DNA of 63,819 bases, filler included, from Bigelowiella natans CCMP2755 (GCA_000320545.1; 6 parts of 6 records of this genome joined end to end with filler, not necessarily neighbours in it), one strand, 5' to 3'; shown: positions 1-13,555, counted from the whole stretch's first letter. The notes: generated by a model from the letters alone, not told the origin. Numbers and translations are program-made.

Positions 1-91
1 GGAGGAGGAGGAGAGAGAGAGAGAGAGAGAGAAAGAGAAAACAACTGAAATAGCTATGCTTTCTTACTATCTTTCACTGATGTTGCTTTTT

Positions 92-136
<45 letters not shown>

Positions 137-207
137 ATGTGTGTGTGGTTGTTGTACACCTATCTCCTCCTCTTCTTCTTCATCATCTTCTTCTTCCTGC
201 TGCTACT

Positions 208-247
<40 letters not shown>

Positions 248-252
248 CCCAG

Positions 253-1065
253 GAAATATCGTACAGACAGCAAGTCTGAGTAAGGTATTGTGTCATTACT
301 ATACATCATCCTCGCCCTCCTCCTCCTACTGCTTCTGCAATATCGCTGACAACTCATTGTCTTCGTTCAATATTGCTCATCATCATTCATCATTCATCAT
401 CATCATCATTATCATTGTATGATCTCTGTCTCTAGGGCTCCTCCTCCTCACCAAGGCTACAAGGGAATGGCAGCAGCAGCAGCAGCAGCATCAACAACAG
501 CAGCAGTACCAACCATAATGCTACCTTGGAAAATACCCCTCCAAACCAACAGGTGCCACTACCTTATTGATGCTGTGTGCGTGTGTGTGTGTGTGTGTGT
601 GTTTGTGTCCTTGTGCATTCTCGAGCCTTTCCCCCTCTCCTCCTCTTATCTAATCCCCCTTCCTTCACCACGCAGAAGGCAGTAGAATTGCCGTTATCGT
701 CGTTCATTCGCTCCTCCTCGTCTCGCTCCCCCCCGCCTGGCGATCCCTCCTCCTCCTCCTCCTCCTCCTCCTCCTCCTCCTTACTCAAGCATCATCATCC
801 CAACAACGCCGATGACACAACCCGTACCACGACCACCACCACAAGCAGCAGCAAACAGCAGCACGTCAACGATGAGAAGTATGTAACCATCCGTACCCCC
901 AAGGTAAGGATGGGAAAGTCTCCTTCCACGCTCGATGCTGCTGCAACGCCTGGTCGCGTCGAGGGTTCTGCCGGTGGTGAGGGGGGGGGCGGAGCGTTCA
1001 AGTTCCCACGCGGCCGCACACGTGCAAGATTCAGATTCAGTCTTCGCCCTGAGTATGTCAAGGTA

Positions 1066-1117
<52 letters not shown>

Positions 1118-1303
1118 ACTTGTCGTAGCATTCACTCCTCCTATCCCTCCCTCATCACTCACTACCACCGTCCACCTACACACACCGTTGCTGTAGCTGA
1201 GTATAAAGTAGTACGGTTGTTATGATCCTTCAGGTCAACTCGATCTTCGTCTTCCGGGAACGCCGCACCAAAGGGAAGGGCCAGGTACTCTTATTCCAAC
1301 ATC

Positions 1304-1347
<44 letters not shown>

Positions 1348-1500
1348 CTCCTCCTCCATTATCATCATCATCTTCTTCTCCTTCCTCCTAATCATTCTCT
1401 CCTTCCATCAAACAACACACGTCAGGTCATATCAATCGAAGATGCGGCGACGAAAATGTCCTCTTCTCAGGTTGTTGGATGGACATGAACTTGCACACGA

Positions 1501-1568
<68 letters not shown>

Positions 1569-1651
1569 CCATCTGCGGTTCGATTGAGGTGCAAGAACTT
1601 CATGTGCTTCTCCGGCTGCTGCTGCTGCTACTACTGTTTTCCCTCTCATTG

Positions 1652-1682
<31 letters not shown>

Positions 1683-2343
1683 ATGGTTGTTAACATGTGA
1701 AAAGGGGGGCCCTTCTGCAACGCAAAGCCTCCGATATACGCATGGTTTTATGATACGGCAGAGCTCTGGAGAGACCCCCGTGCACTCGCCGGTGCTCATT
1801 ATAAAAAGCAAATAAAAACCAAACGCATTATCACATCTTGCTTGTGAAATGTCCTCTATACTGTGTTGTTGTTGTTGTTGTTGATGATGATGATGAGAGA
1901 TGCTGTTGGTGCTGTTGTCTTTGTTGTGTTAATGGTGGTTGCGATCATTGTCCTGCGCTGCTGCTAGGTGCTCGAGCCGCACAGCTCCGACTCGATAGCT
2001 GCTGGGGATAACGACTCGCCCTTCCCCATTTCCTCACTAAATGACCTCAAGGTATGGTAGTGATAGTAGCTCGAACGATGCGAATATCGTTGTTGCATTA
2101 CGCATATTCTGTGTATTACACGATGATTGCGGTGCATAAAATGACCTCGCCACCCGCCACTCTTATTTTACCAGGAGATACCGGGCCTTAGTTTGCCGCG
2201 TAAGGAAAGAACAAAGCTCTCTTCTGGTAGCGGTGCGACGGTAGGGTTCGGTAGCAGCGAGAGAGTTGCACGGATATTCACATCCAGCACTGCGAAAAAC
2301 AAGGCTAACAGCCCCAATGACAAATCGTTGCCTTTGTCCTAGC
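253..2343 (+). CDS. Hypothetical low-complexity protein, 3' part (about 7 exons, 5' end outside the window)
   Basis: In-frame GT-AG exon chain: NIVQTASLSK | GSSSSPRLQ...PPNQQ | KAVELPLSS...RPEYVK | VNSIFVFRERRTKGKGQ | VISIEDAATKMSSSQ | VLEPHSSD...NDLK | EIPGLSLPRKE...SLPLS*. No recognisable domain. Confidence 0.5.
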
Positions 2344-2868
2344 ACCTGCATGCGGTGGCGGCAATACTAGCGCAGGAAACATCGGCGTTTCAAGCAATGA
2401 AACCATTGTAACAGAAGTCTACATTTTATGACAAAATTAAAATAGCTGTCTGCGACCGAATAATGAACGTGCACCGCACTAGCGTATTTGTTTCATGCGA
2501 TGCAATCGTGAATAACATAATGAGCAAGTTTTCGTACTTGTAGACGCGGCGTACACATGCGCGTGTGGCTGCATGCAGTGCGTGATTGCTTGCCAAATTT
2601 ACCAGCAAACGCGCAGGTCGCTTCTGCTTCGCGCTTGAAGATGGACACGCTATCACGCATGATCGCTAGATCGGTTAGCAATGCTTTACGAGAAGAGCCA
2701 ACATTTTCAACCCACATTGTGTCATCACTATCGAAATCTTTTGACTGTTGTGGCTTTGGCTGCAATTGCCACTTCGCTGCAGGCAGACGCACAGATAATC
2801 TCTGAATCCATTGTGCAGTGCTAGAGTAGTGCTAGCTTTTGCCTTTCTTGGGAAGAGTGCGAAAGGTC

Positions 2869-3373
2869 CTACTGCTGCCCCCTTGCTGCTGGAATCGTCA
2901 TTCCCCCTTCGATTTTCCTGAGCTTGGCTAGTACGTTTTCTGTCACTTTTTCGATAAGGTCAGACGTCCTAATGATGTTATGAATAAGTACAATCAGCGG
3001 CTAGACCACGGGTAAGAGCGGGGAGCTGTCAACTTCTAGACTCTTGTTGCAACCGGGCTCTTCCATGTGCATGTGCAGGGAACATATACCATTTCTTCTG
3101 GTCATCTAGGCCTGCCTTCCTTTTCTCCTGCTCTTTCACCGTCGTCGTCTTCTTGTCCTTCTTCTCCCCCCCCTCCTCTGTCTTCATTCCCTGGCGAGCA
3201 GCCTCATGACTAACATGCTTGTCGCTGCTCTCCCCACCACTAGCGACATCGTCCGAGTGGTGAGAATGAGCGTAAGAAGTAGGTGATGGTGCTGCTACTT
3301 CATCAGGGCCAATGACATCATTGTCATTGGTAAACAGCCGATCCGTAGAAGAGGGAGGCCGCGAAGCGGAAGC

Positions 3374-3408
<35 letters not shown>

Positions 3409-3634
3409 CCGACACAGAGGATTGCTGCTCTCTGTTCATGTCCTTCACTTCTTCCGCTGCTCCTGCTGATGATATTTCCAAGTCGTCTTCGCCCTGCACG
3501 TTTACGTTGTTGCTGTGGTGTGACCGCGAGCTGAGCTGTCGTCTCTCATGCTCTTCAACGGTTTTTGCCAGCTCGGAGGAGGACAGCAGCAGTGCGAGCT
3601 GAGCATGGTAGAAGGAAGATATTTATTATATATT

Positions 3635-3678
<44 letters not shown>

Positions 3679-3861
3679 CACGACAATAATCACACTGAGT
3701 GCAGAAGATAGTCCGATGTTATTTCAGAATGTACACCGCTTCCCCATACTCTTCTCTTCTTACGTTGGAGGGCGGGAGATAGCACCATGGCTGATGCATA
3801 CCGAACGGACGGGTAGGAGGATCAATGTAGAGCGATTCCCTGATTTACGATGATACAGATT

Positions 3862-3895
<34 letters not shown>

Positions 3896-4429
3896 TAACA
3901 ACGACAATGACAACGAATACGCGAATGAAAAAAACATCGCATTCATCTTGAGCGTGAAAGGAGAGAGAGGGAGAGAGAGAAATGCGTGGGAATGGAAAAG
4001 AAGGGGAATGGACAAGCATCTGCTGGGACAACCCATCAGATCTGAACGATGGATTAAATAAACGCAAAGACCCTTCGTTTGCTTGGAGGTCGTCGTTGTT
4101 CTTTTGACGTTATTCATTGATTTTTTCATCGTCATTATTATTATTATTATTATCATTATCATCATCTCCAGGTTTCACTACATGGAAAAATCCAAGGCGA
4201 TGTTCCAGGGCGCTACCTGCATTGAATTAACAAGTATACATGTTTAAAGAGGAGGGGGGGTAGGAGTGGCTGGTGGAAAAGGCCAAACAACCTTCGCTCC
4301 AATGCTTTGAAAGCATTTGATGAAAATCTGGTCCTGATCATTAAATTAAATGAAGAATGATGAAGATAAAGATGATGATAATGGTGATTGCATATATAAC
4401 CCGCACACATTCACCAGCATCAATATCAC

Positions 4430-4468
<39 letters not shown>

Positions 4469-4707
4469 GCTAACCTCCATATGAAGGCCGTCATCCACCT
4501 CAGCGCAGCACTGCAGCAAGGCCCTTGACTAAACCACGAACAGCATTTAAATTATTATTATTAGTAGTAGTAGTAGTAGTAGTAGGTAGTAGTAACTCTA
4601 TGATGGGAAGGAGGGGGGGAGGGATAGCGTCTTTGATCAATATACTCCTTATATGACACCGTCATCATCGTCTCTTAGTCACCACGCGTCGTAGAGCACA
4701 TCAACAG

Positions 4708-4755
<48 letters not shown>

Positions 4756-5253
4756 GGGAGTATTACGTACTACAACCTTCTTCACGTTCCTGAGAGAGAA
4801 CCCACCGTTGCCAGAGTAGGGGTTTGGTTCCATTACTCTGCTGCTGCTGCTGCTGTGTTGTTGTTCGATGCTGCTCTTGATCGTAGTTGTAGTAGTAGCA
4901 GAGGAGGAGGAGGAAGAGGAGGAGCTGTTGCTGGTTGCAGCCTCCTCGATGAGAGCTGCGGGGGTCTTGGATATTTTTTCAAGCTGTTGGGGGCAGATAA
5001 GAGACGCGGGGGGGGGGGGGGGGAGGGAGACGATGAGAAAGAGGCCCCGACGAGTGGGTAAACATTAGAGAGCAGAGGGCTTTGATTTAATTTCTACTTC
5101 TACTTCTACTTCTACTGCTGCTACTACTGCCATACTTTTGTTATTCCTCCCCTCTGATTCAGTATTATGGGATTGATAGTGGGGGGGTTACAGTAGGAAG
5201 AAGAAGAAGAAGAAGAAGACGGCCTTTCTTAACATTCTTCTTCTTCTTCCACT

Positions 5254-5285
<32 letters not shown>

Positions 5286-5385
5286 ATAGCAGCAGTAGCA
5301 TTTTCATACGACGCACATCGTAGTAGTCGCGCAGAGCTTTCGCCACTGTGGTGGGATTAGGTGTTCTTAGCTGGGTAAGGGGCAC
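2869..5385 (-). CDS. DUF5672 (PF18922)-domain protein, 5'-truncated by contig end; 3' end uncertain (could extend to ~2493)
   Basis: Spliced exons give EPNPYSGNGGFSLRNVKK | SRALLQCC...HME | DQIFIKCFQSIGAK | VAPWNIALDFSM | ESLYIDPPTRPFGMHQPWCYL. The GNGGxSLR...ED..F...A..FSxE...PFGxHxPW motif order is characteristic of DUF5672. Confidence 0.75.
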
Positions 5386-5386
5386 C

Positions 5387-5420
<34 letters not shown>

Positions 5421-5432
5421 GCATGGTCGCGT

Positions 5433-5532
5433 NNNNNNNNNNNNNNNNNNNNNNNNNNNNNNNNNNNNNNNNNNNNTTAATTAATTAANNNNNNNNNNNN
5501 NNNNNNNNNNNNNNNNNNNNNNNNNNNNNNNN
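5433..5532. other. Artificial contig spacer (44N-TTAATTAATTAA-44N)
   Basis: An identical 100-bp block recurs five times; the 12-mer gives stops in all six frames. Confidence 0.97.
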
Positions 5533-5812
5533 TATATATATATATATATATATATAGTAAATACCCTCTTCCATCTCTACATGCTATGATACATATATGT
5601 ACATTAAGTTTCAAAAATTATTTGCATGAAAAGTATGTTCCAGGGGCTAGTTTTTTTAGGGAGGGGATAGAGGAGTTCCGTACCGCCCAACGAACGTGGA
5701 GGGGAGGGAAGGGAGAGGCTACAGAAACGTGGCTTCGTGCTAACCTACGATGTATTCATTCTATAAAAATTAGCAGGGGAACATCGGCCATTCTTGTGTG
5801 TATGTCTGTGTT

Positions 5813-5856
<44 letters not shown>

Positions 5857-7004
5857 ATAGAAAGAGAGAGAGTATTTGTGCCTATCTTATACTGAGTTTG
5901 TGAGTATTTACCCGGAAGGTCTATCGACAATCCCGTATCCCCTCCCTGACACTACAGATCGAGAGGAGGCAATCAGTATAAACAGAGTCGAGAGAGAGAC
6001 GGAGCGCTACTACGCCTTACCAAGAATGGGGCACATCACGAGCATCATGCGAGAAGGAGCGGCCGATCGAGACCAAATAATCCGCCTCTGGCGATCTACA
6101 TGACGAATGGCCCCCCTCATCGCATCATGGTCTTTCCAGGAGGAAGGGGGGGAGGGGGCCTTGCTTCTGGATTATGGAAAGGAAAGGAATGTTCAGATGT
6201 TTTCAAGAAAATTAATATAAAATAAAATATATTTGAGTCTAATATAGATGTGCGACATAAATAAATTATTGTCGTTAGTAAGGATGTCAAATAGAAAATG
6301 TCCCTGATCCTAGCGAGTCGTACCAAGTACTCGTCCTGGAAACCTCCAAAAATAGTCCCATTTGCGATCATTTTGTCATTATTAAAAATACAAGATTCGT
6401 ATCTAACAGGTTCCTATTTTAAAATGCGACATCTTCATTGCCTGAATTACGGGGTAAATAGGCCTCGCGGGGTTCGGCGCTGGGAGAAAAGGGAAAATAG
6501 CTACGGCCCTGCTGCGGAAGACTTATGAAAACAAATATACCATTTTAATTTCTAGCAATTATAGTCATAATAAACCCTGTGAGAGAAATTATCGTTGTCG
6601 TTGTAACAAATTATAGTAATATTACCGGGAGTTGTTGACAGTCTTTGTCTTAAAAACTCTGAGTAGGGGGTGGGCGATCCTTACGAAGAGGTGTGAGACT
6701 GTTTGTTGTTTTCATAGTTCATCTCCATTTTTGTGGACTGAGGAAGTGTATGAGGAAGCATCCAAATTACAACTTGCATAGCTAGTAACATTGCCGATAT
6801 GAAAGATTAGTGGCCGGCATGATTTAAAATGTTTCCATCTGCATTGAGCAGCGGAAAGTAGAAGAAGAGATTAGCAAAGGATTTTATACGGGGAGAGAGG
6901 GAGATCACTACTAGTGTACCTCTTGAATCACCCTCTTGATTTCATACTATCATAAAGCTCCATGCGACAATTAACTTCCTTTTGCATGACACCAGAGAAT
7001 CAAC

Positions 7005-8109
7005 ATGGAGGACAAACTACGCTCCGTTGGAAAAGACATGTAAGTTCGGAACTAGTTCTGGTTTTTACAAATGCTGAGACAATGCACGTGATAACAATTA
7101 ACTTACATCATATCCACCAAATAGATTCCTAGTACCGCGTTTGACTTAATGTATGTCCCACGAACACAGCTTATTGTGTACGCTCATTGTGTACGCTCTC
7201 TGTTCTGGATAACACTAGGTACGAGTCTGATGTAGATGATAAGGGAATCAAAACTGTCGTTGAGTATAAGGTGAGCACAAACCTTCAACCAAAAGCCAAC
7301 GATCACCTGTATTTCCAGCAGTGCGTATGAAGCGGCCTTGACGGTCCCCGGTTGAATGCAGTATATTTGTTTGTTTTCGCGCGAATGAATGCATGTTTAT
7401 GTGCGCGCACGCGTGTGTGGATTAGTGGTTGGGCGGGTATCAGCACACGCCAATCGACTTCTTTAGAAACCCCATCTCTCATCCATCCCTCTGGGTCCCT
7501 CTGAGTCTTAAAAAAAAATTTCCACAGCGCGACGAAGCTGGCAAAATTACCAAGAAGATCGTGTCCAAGGTGCAGGTCACAACAGAGAAGCAGCGCGTTA
7601 GCAAGCGCGTGGAGGAGCGCAAAAAATGGAAGAAGTTCGGGTCGGCCCTGCGCGATAACGCGGAGGAGACCTTCTTCACCATCTACGGGGAACCTTTCGC
7701 GCTGGAAATGAAGAGGCGTTCCGCAAATCACTACACAGAAGAGGATGAGGACGATTCCAAGCTCAAGAACCAGATCTGCACGCAGAAGAAATCCGTAGTC
7801 GTCTGCACGTTCTGTGGAGAACAAGGCCACTTCTCTCTTAGATGTCCGAAGCGTTCGCTCATCGGCGGGAACTCGAAACCCAGCGAAGATAGCGGACCGG
7901 GGAGCCGCAGCTCTGGTCCTCCTGGAAGGCCTGGGAGATATGTGCCGATTCACATGCGCGGGGATCGTGCAGGGATGGGCTTTCAGGTGTGTGGGGGGGG
8001 GGGGGGGGTTGTTTGGTGGTTGGGTGGGTCTGGTTTCGGAGGGGGAGAGATGAGTGGCTGGCTGTCTTCATTACATTAAAAACGATGGATGACACGACCG
8101 TGAGTTTCC

Positions 8110-8148
<39 letters not shown>

Positions 8149-8543
8149 TAAAGAAGCTTCCTGAGATCGCGCCGCCATTGCCATTAGTGTTTTCTTTTTT
8201 ATTTTGTGTGTGTTCCCAAAATGAATGCGCGATATTACATACTTTGCAGAGGGAGAAGGAGCACAGCCTCAAGGTATCGAACATCTCCGAGGAAGCAACA
8301 GAGGACGATCTGCGCGATCTGTTCCGCAGATGCGGCGACACTCGCAGCGTGTATCTTGCCAGAGACAAGCACACTGGCCGCCCTCGCGGATTCGCATACG
8401 TCCGTTATGCTCGTGAGGAAGATGCAATGAAGGCGATTGAGATGCTGGATGGCTACGGATACGGCAACCTCATCCTCAGCGTGGAAAAAGCTAAGCCCCG
8501 TGAGCCAAGAAAAGACGACGGCAAAGACCGCCGGAAGTTCTAG
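7005..8543 (+). CDS. EIF3G: Eukaryotic translation initiation factor 3 subunit G (4 exons; exact start uncertain)
   Basis: Exons ~7005-7039, ~7219-7270 (DDKGIKTVVEYK), ~7528-7986 (ERKKWKKFG, CTFCGEQGHFSLRCP zinc knuckle, GRYVPIHMRG) and ~8249-8543 (RRM: LKVSNISEEATEDDLRDLF...RGFAYV...GYGYGNLILSVE). Confidence 0.95.
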
Positions 8544-10129
8544 GCTTGTTTGCTCAGTGTGCGTGTGTACTGTACACATATGGATGTTTTTATAATGACG
8601 TGCAGACGGTATTTCGTTACTACCAATCTAGCAATTACCTCAACCGAACTCATGCACCCAGTTTGCGACTAGCTTGGTTACGTATTGGAGCTATGTGATG
8701 CGCTTGCTATAATTGCTAACGATGCTAGGCATTATTCACGCGATGATAGCGTTGTGTTCAATGTTTAAAAAAAATAACCGCCACCGAGATTTGCTGCATG
8801 CTTGCTGGGCATAATGGCACGCTAGATGTCTAGACATCTACAATTGTATCTCATTGATGCTCAGTAATCTCTAGATCTAGCTAGAAACACACGACTTTTC
8901 AGCAAGCGCCGTCGATCGCCCGTTAAAGATAATTGCTGGTGCATGACAATCGTATCTGCTACAGAATGTGTAAATGTGTCAGGTGGCACTAGATGCACGC
9001 GCAGAATGTCTAGATGTTGTGTGCATGCATTGCAAGATGCGGACCTGTACCATGGCTTGGTACAATTGGTTGGTGCGATCGATGTTGTCAATGAACGTGC
9101 AAGAATGCCATGACGTTGGCACTTGATGCTTGCATAGGGAGCATGATCACAACGCAAAAAACGTGATTGCTCAAATGATGTGCGATTGCACAACACATAA
9201 AAATGCCTGCCGGCGCCGCGGAATGCAACAGGTACTTTACGAGTGCGTGTATGTGTTTTTGGCGACATTTGCAAGGACATCGCAGCCACCGAATGCATGC
9301 CAATGCTGGAACAATGGAACGTTACAATGGCAAACAAAGTTTCCACTAAAAGCTCAAGTTTCGTGATAAACGATACCAGAATGCATGGTGAGTGAAACTT
9401 TCGTTCCTGCTTTACGCTTGAATGTTGTTGTGGGCAAGTAACTTTTGGAAATCCACAAGCTTGTACACTTTCTTGGATGCATGCCAATGGCATCATTTTG
9501 CTGTTTTTCTTTCAATTTTTGTTGACAGTGACTCGCAATTTTGAGTGTACTTAACAATTTACTTTGGGACATTTGTTTTCATTTTGTTCCATGATGTGCA
9601 ATTGACAATTTTGCGAGAAAGTGGAGAAGTTGGCAGCCCTCTACTCCCACTCCTCACCACACATCACACAGATGAATTGTGCAAAGGTTTTGATGCTCAG
9701 CTTGGGTAAACTACAATCATGCTAAAACTATACATCTTTTGATTCGTAATGCTGAGGGCCATACGTGTTTCATTCCCTATTTTGTTACTAATCTGCAGCC
9801 AAAGAAAGGCAAACGATAATTTTTGCTTTCAAATCTTCTGTGGTTGTTGAGAATCGGAGCTGATAACCATAACGCGTGACATCTCGAGACTGGTGCCCTG
9901 CATGTGATAATAGAGAAACGAGCATTAGTTTGTGCCTTTGTGACGTTAGGATGTTAGAACGAAGATTGGCCATTACTCCTAGGTGCTGTGATTGCGTCTG
10001 GAGACTGTTACTTAAATTGCCCTGCAACAACCCATCCCAAAAATTGAATTAGAACATGATGCTTGATACATATGAGCTTGATGGACTTCTGAGAACTACC
10101 ATATGGACAATCTTGGCCTCTGCAAGTAC

Positions 10130-11717
10130 CAAACGTTCATGGTCGTTTTGATTTTTCTTTTGTTTCCGTCGCCGGCGGCAGCACAGGAAGAGAATCTTGA
10201 AATGAACATAAAAATAATCACACCCAATTTGGTTGGCAGTGCAAGAGAGGGAAATGCCATGTGGTTGCCTCTTTCATCTACACTCCTTTGCAGTAAAGTC
10301 AATTTCGGGCTCACAGCTGTCATCTTTTCACCTTTCGGCGTCTCATGTAGACTTCCACTAAAACTAACATACGAACTAAATATATTGACTTGCTTACCAT
10401 GCAGCAGCAACAAAGGCATAGTACTCCGACAATAATTGCAATGGCCAAAACTATATTGCCGCTTCCACCTCCTCCCCCAGCAATAGTCGATATTGTCATC
10501 TCGGTTGGACTCATCGTTGGCCTTCGTCTCGTAGTATTGCTTGCGCTAGGGCATTGACTTGGAGACGAGCTTGGATACTGTGATGGAATTGGTGTCGGGA
10601 TTACATTCGTCAAGGAAGGACAAGCAGAAGGAGCACAGGAGGGTTTGGCGGTGGTGGGAGAGAGACTCGGATTAGCGCTCGGATTCATGCTAGGGCTGGT
10701 ACTGGGGACTCGACTTGGAATGGCGCTTGGACCTACACTGGGAGTAGCGGTAGGTGTTGAACTAGGATTTGCGCTTGGAGCCAAACTTGGAACGTTGCTG
10801 GGGCTCACACTCGGATTCGCACTGGGATTGGTACTGGGACTTGCGCTCGGATTGGCACTCGGGTTCATGCTAGGGCTAGCGCTGGGGGCTCGACTTGGAT
10901 TAGTGCTGGGGCTTAGACTTGGAGTAGTGGTAGGTGCTGAACTAGGAGCCATGCTAGGATTGGTGCTAGGATTTGCGCTCGGGTTCATGCTGGGGCTGGT
11001 ACTGGGAACTCCACCTGGATTGGCGCTTGGGCTTAGACTTGGAGTAGTGGTAGGTGCTGAACTAGTAGGACTGGTGCTAGGATTTGCGCTCGGGTTCAAA
11101 CTTGGAACATTGCTGGGGCTTGCGCTCGGATTCGCACTAGGGTTCATGCTAGGGCTGGTACTGGGGGCTCGACTTGGATTAGTGCTGGGGCTTAGACTTG
11201 GAGTAGTGGTAGGTGCTGAACTAGGAGCCATGCTGGGATTGCTGCTAGGATTTGCGCTCGGGGTCACACTTGGAACATTGCTGGGGCTCAAACTCGGACT
11301 CACACTCGGGCTGTCACTGCTGGTAAAACAGTTATTACCCGAGGTCGCTAAGGAGTGGCTGCTATAGCCAGACGCTGATGATTTAAGCCAGCACACAGTG
11401 TTCGTTTTCCAGGTCCAAAAGTAGCAGAGGGGAACACTAAAGCAGCGTTGGCAACACAGGCTTGCAGAACCTGCACTCTGCCCTCGTGTAAATCCATAGG
11501 GAGCGAGTTCAGAGCTTGAAAGGTCGTTCCCATAAAAGTCAATTTGACTGAGAAAGGTGCCTGTATCGTTGCACAAGGAGCAGAGCCCATTGGGAGTATA
11601 TCTGGTTGGGGCTGCTGTGGTGGACGATCCGGCCCGCTGAATGCACCCCGAGATGACAAGGATCAGCAAAAATACCCAAGGGGGTCCGGGCCTACGGAGA
11701 AGCGGCCAGCACTGCAT
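10130..11717 (-). CDS. Type I membrane protein: signal peptide, PAN/Apple (PAN_4-like) domain, long PS/PT (P-S-x-x) repeat stalk, TM helix, basic stop-transfer; tail may continue to ~9788
   Basis: 465-aa ORF with a hydrophobic leader, DFYGNDL...CCQRC...CYFWTW...CWLKS, about 240 aa of PSxxPS repeats and IVLAIAIIVGVLCLCCCCM, spliced to ILFLCCRRRRKQKK. Confidence 0.8.
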
Positions 11718-11914
11718 CGCGGCGAGGGGAGGCTCACTCGGCTTGATGTTTTAGCTAATAAAAGCGTTACGTTACCGCTTTAACGAACGCATGCACATGT
11801 AGATCCACGAAAAATTAAAAAAAATATTTTTTTATTTCTCGGTACGTTAAGAAAACAAAGAAAACAATGGGAAGTTGTTCGCTGCAAATGTCTTGTCACA
11901 TTTTGGAAATGTAG

Positions 11915-13150
11915 TTCTTCATCATTGTTCATTGTTCATTGTTCGCCCAGCGGAGGAACAGCGCAGTGGCGGTGCGGTGACGGCAACAGTGCTGGGACTT
12001 TGCGGTGTGGCGCTGTGCAATGGAGGACGGGGGGACAGGATGCAAGGAAGGAGGACTTCGTGGCATGACGTGCATGGGCCGGGTTCTAGCCCAGCGTTTG
12101 GAAAAAAGGAAACTGGAATCTGACACATTTCAATTGACACACTTGAGTTCATTCTCTGGCTAGCTAGGTTCATCGAAAAAAATCTGAACACAGGACTGAC
12201 TTTGTGCTGAGGGTGAAAAGCACAACCAGCGCCGATCGAGGCATCGACTGCAGGCTAGCAGGTGTGTGTTCGATCCACTCACCCATTGTCGATGATTGCA
12301 TGACACATGCAAATTCACATTGCAAACATTTTGCACCCCAACAACATCGGAACAAAGGCAAACACGATGTCCGACAAACAAGAAACCAACACGTTGTGGT
12401 TCTCCGGATGTGCGCAGGAATCTGGGCAGCTAGCTAGCTAGGGAACCCAGTTCAGCAATCCTGGAGTGGACAGCGCTGCAGCACACCACCACGTGCTGGC
12501 GAAATCTTGATGACTGACCAAACATGCTGACGCAATGGTGCTGCAGTTGCTGCACTAGCTAGCTAGTGCATTGCACCGCTCTAGCGCCACACAGCCAAAT
12601 CGACAGCAGCTGCGTTGAGATGTTGAATGGATTCAACCAATCTCATTCAATTCGTCTCATGGCGGAAAGCATCTAGGTTCTGCATTGCGTGCATCATTTG
12701 CAGCGCCATCGATCTAGCCATGCATGCTAGCATGCTAGCATGTCATCGATCTGGAGGGTGCGGGAGCTCCAAAACCGGCTAGCTGCTGATGATGCACAGT
12801 TAGCTAGCTAGCAGAGAGGTGCGCATGCGCACACACATACGCATGCTGATGCATGTCCCACGTTCAAACAATCGCATGTCGATGCACGCAATTTGTGATC
12901 TGATGGGCATGCACATCTCCATAGCTAGCTAGACGTGCTCCTCACAGCTGCAGCATGATGACCCATTCTGGCATTGAAGAATGTGCAACATCATCATTTC
13001 ACAACATCCGTCTCAAATGCTAGCATGCCATAGGCTGTAGTAGCAGGGTGCCAGCCTGCTACTTCACACAATCATTGCTAGATTGCGCTGCGACGACATC
13101 TGCGCAACAATGACACCTACACAACAGTCCACCGCACGTGAACAACGTAA
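11915..13150. other. TpA-depleted intergenic tract (probable decayed repeat or mobile element)
   Basis: Manual count for 11915-12795: 16 TpA, all within CTAG. TG and CA are abundant, CpG is retained and the usual long microsatellites are absent. Confidence 0.75.
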
Positions 13151-13174
13151 CGCTAGAATGCAGGAACGACATCC

Positions 13175-13504
13175 TCACATGCAACACGCCTTCCTCAACT
13201 TAAGCCGGGCGTCGGAGCCGATTTTCTTTCCCTGGAGTTCGGGGATAAACCAGTACGAGAAGGCCATTGCGATGACACAGACGGCCATGTACACGAGAAA
13301 CGTGTTGGAGAGCGAGATTGCGTGAACCATCGAGAGGTAAGTCGAGACGACAAGGAAAGAGCTACCGCGATTTGCGAGGGAGCCGAGGGAGAGGCCTTTG
13401 GATCGGAAGGGGCCTGGAGAGATGTAGCGAGATAAGGAGGGGGAGGGAGGGTTTAAACCTTCTGTAGAAATTGTCGCACGTACATATTGTTGATGCATGT
13501 AAAT

Positions 13505-13555
<51 letters not shown>

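Noticed and set aside
56-1811. Many short poly-L/V/C/Y-I ORFs here and across the window
   Set aside because: They are translations of microsatellites, not genes.
5477-5488. TTAATTAATTAA motif recurring five times
   Set aside because: It is always centred in 44-N pads, so it is a synthetic six-frame-stop linker. Gene neighbourhoods across it are meaningless.
5643-6103. Possible terminal exons of a plus-strand gene
   Set aside because: Frame and product could not be established.
7303-7953. 216-aa minus-strand ORF
   Set aside because: Antisense to an EIF3G exon.
10645-11367. 240-aa Leu/Gly-rich plus-strand ORF that looks multi-transmembrane
   Set aside because: It is the antisense shadow of the PS/PT repeat coding region.
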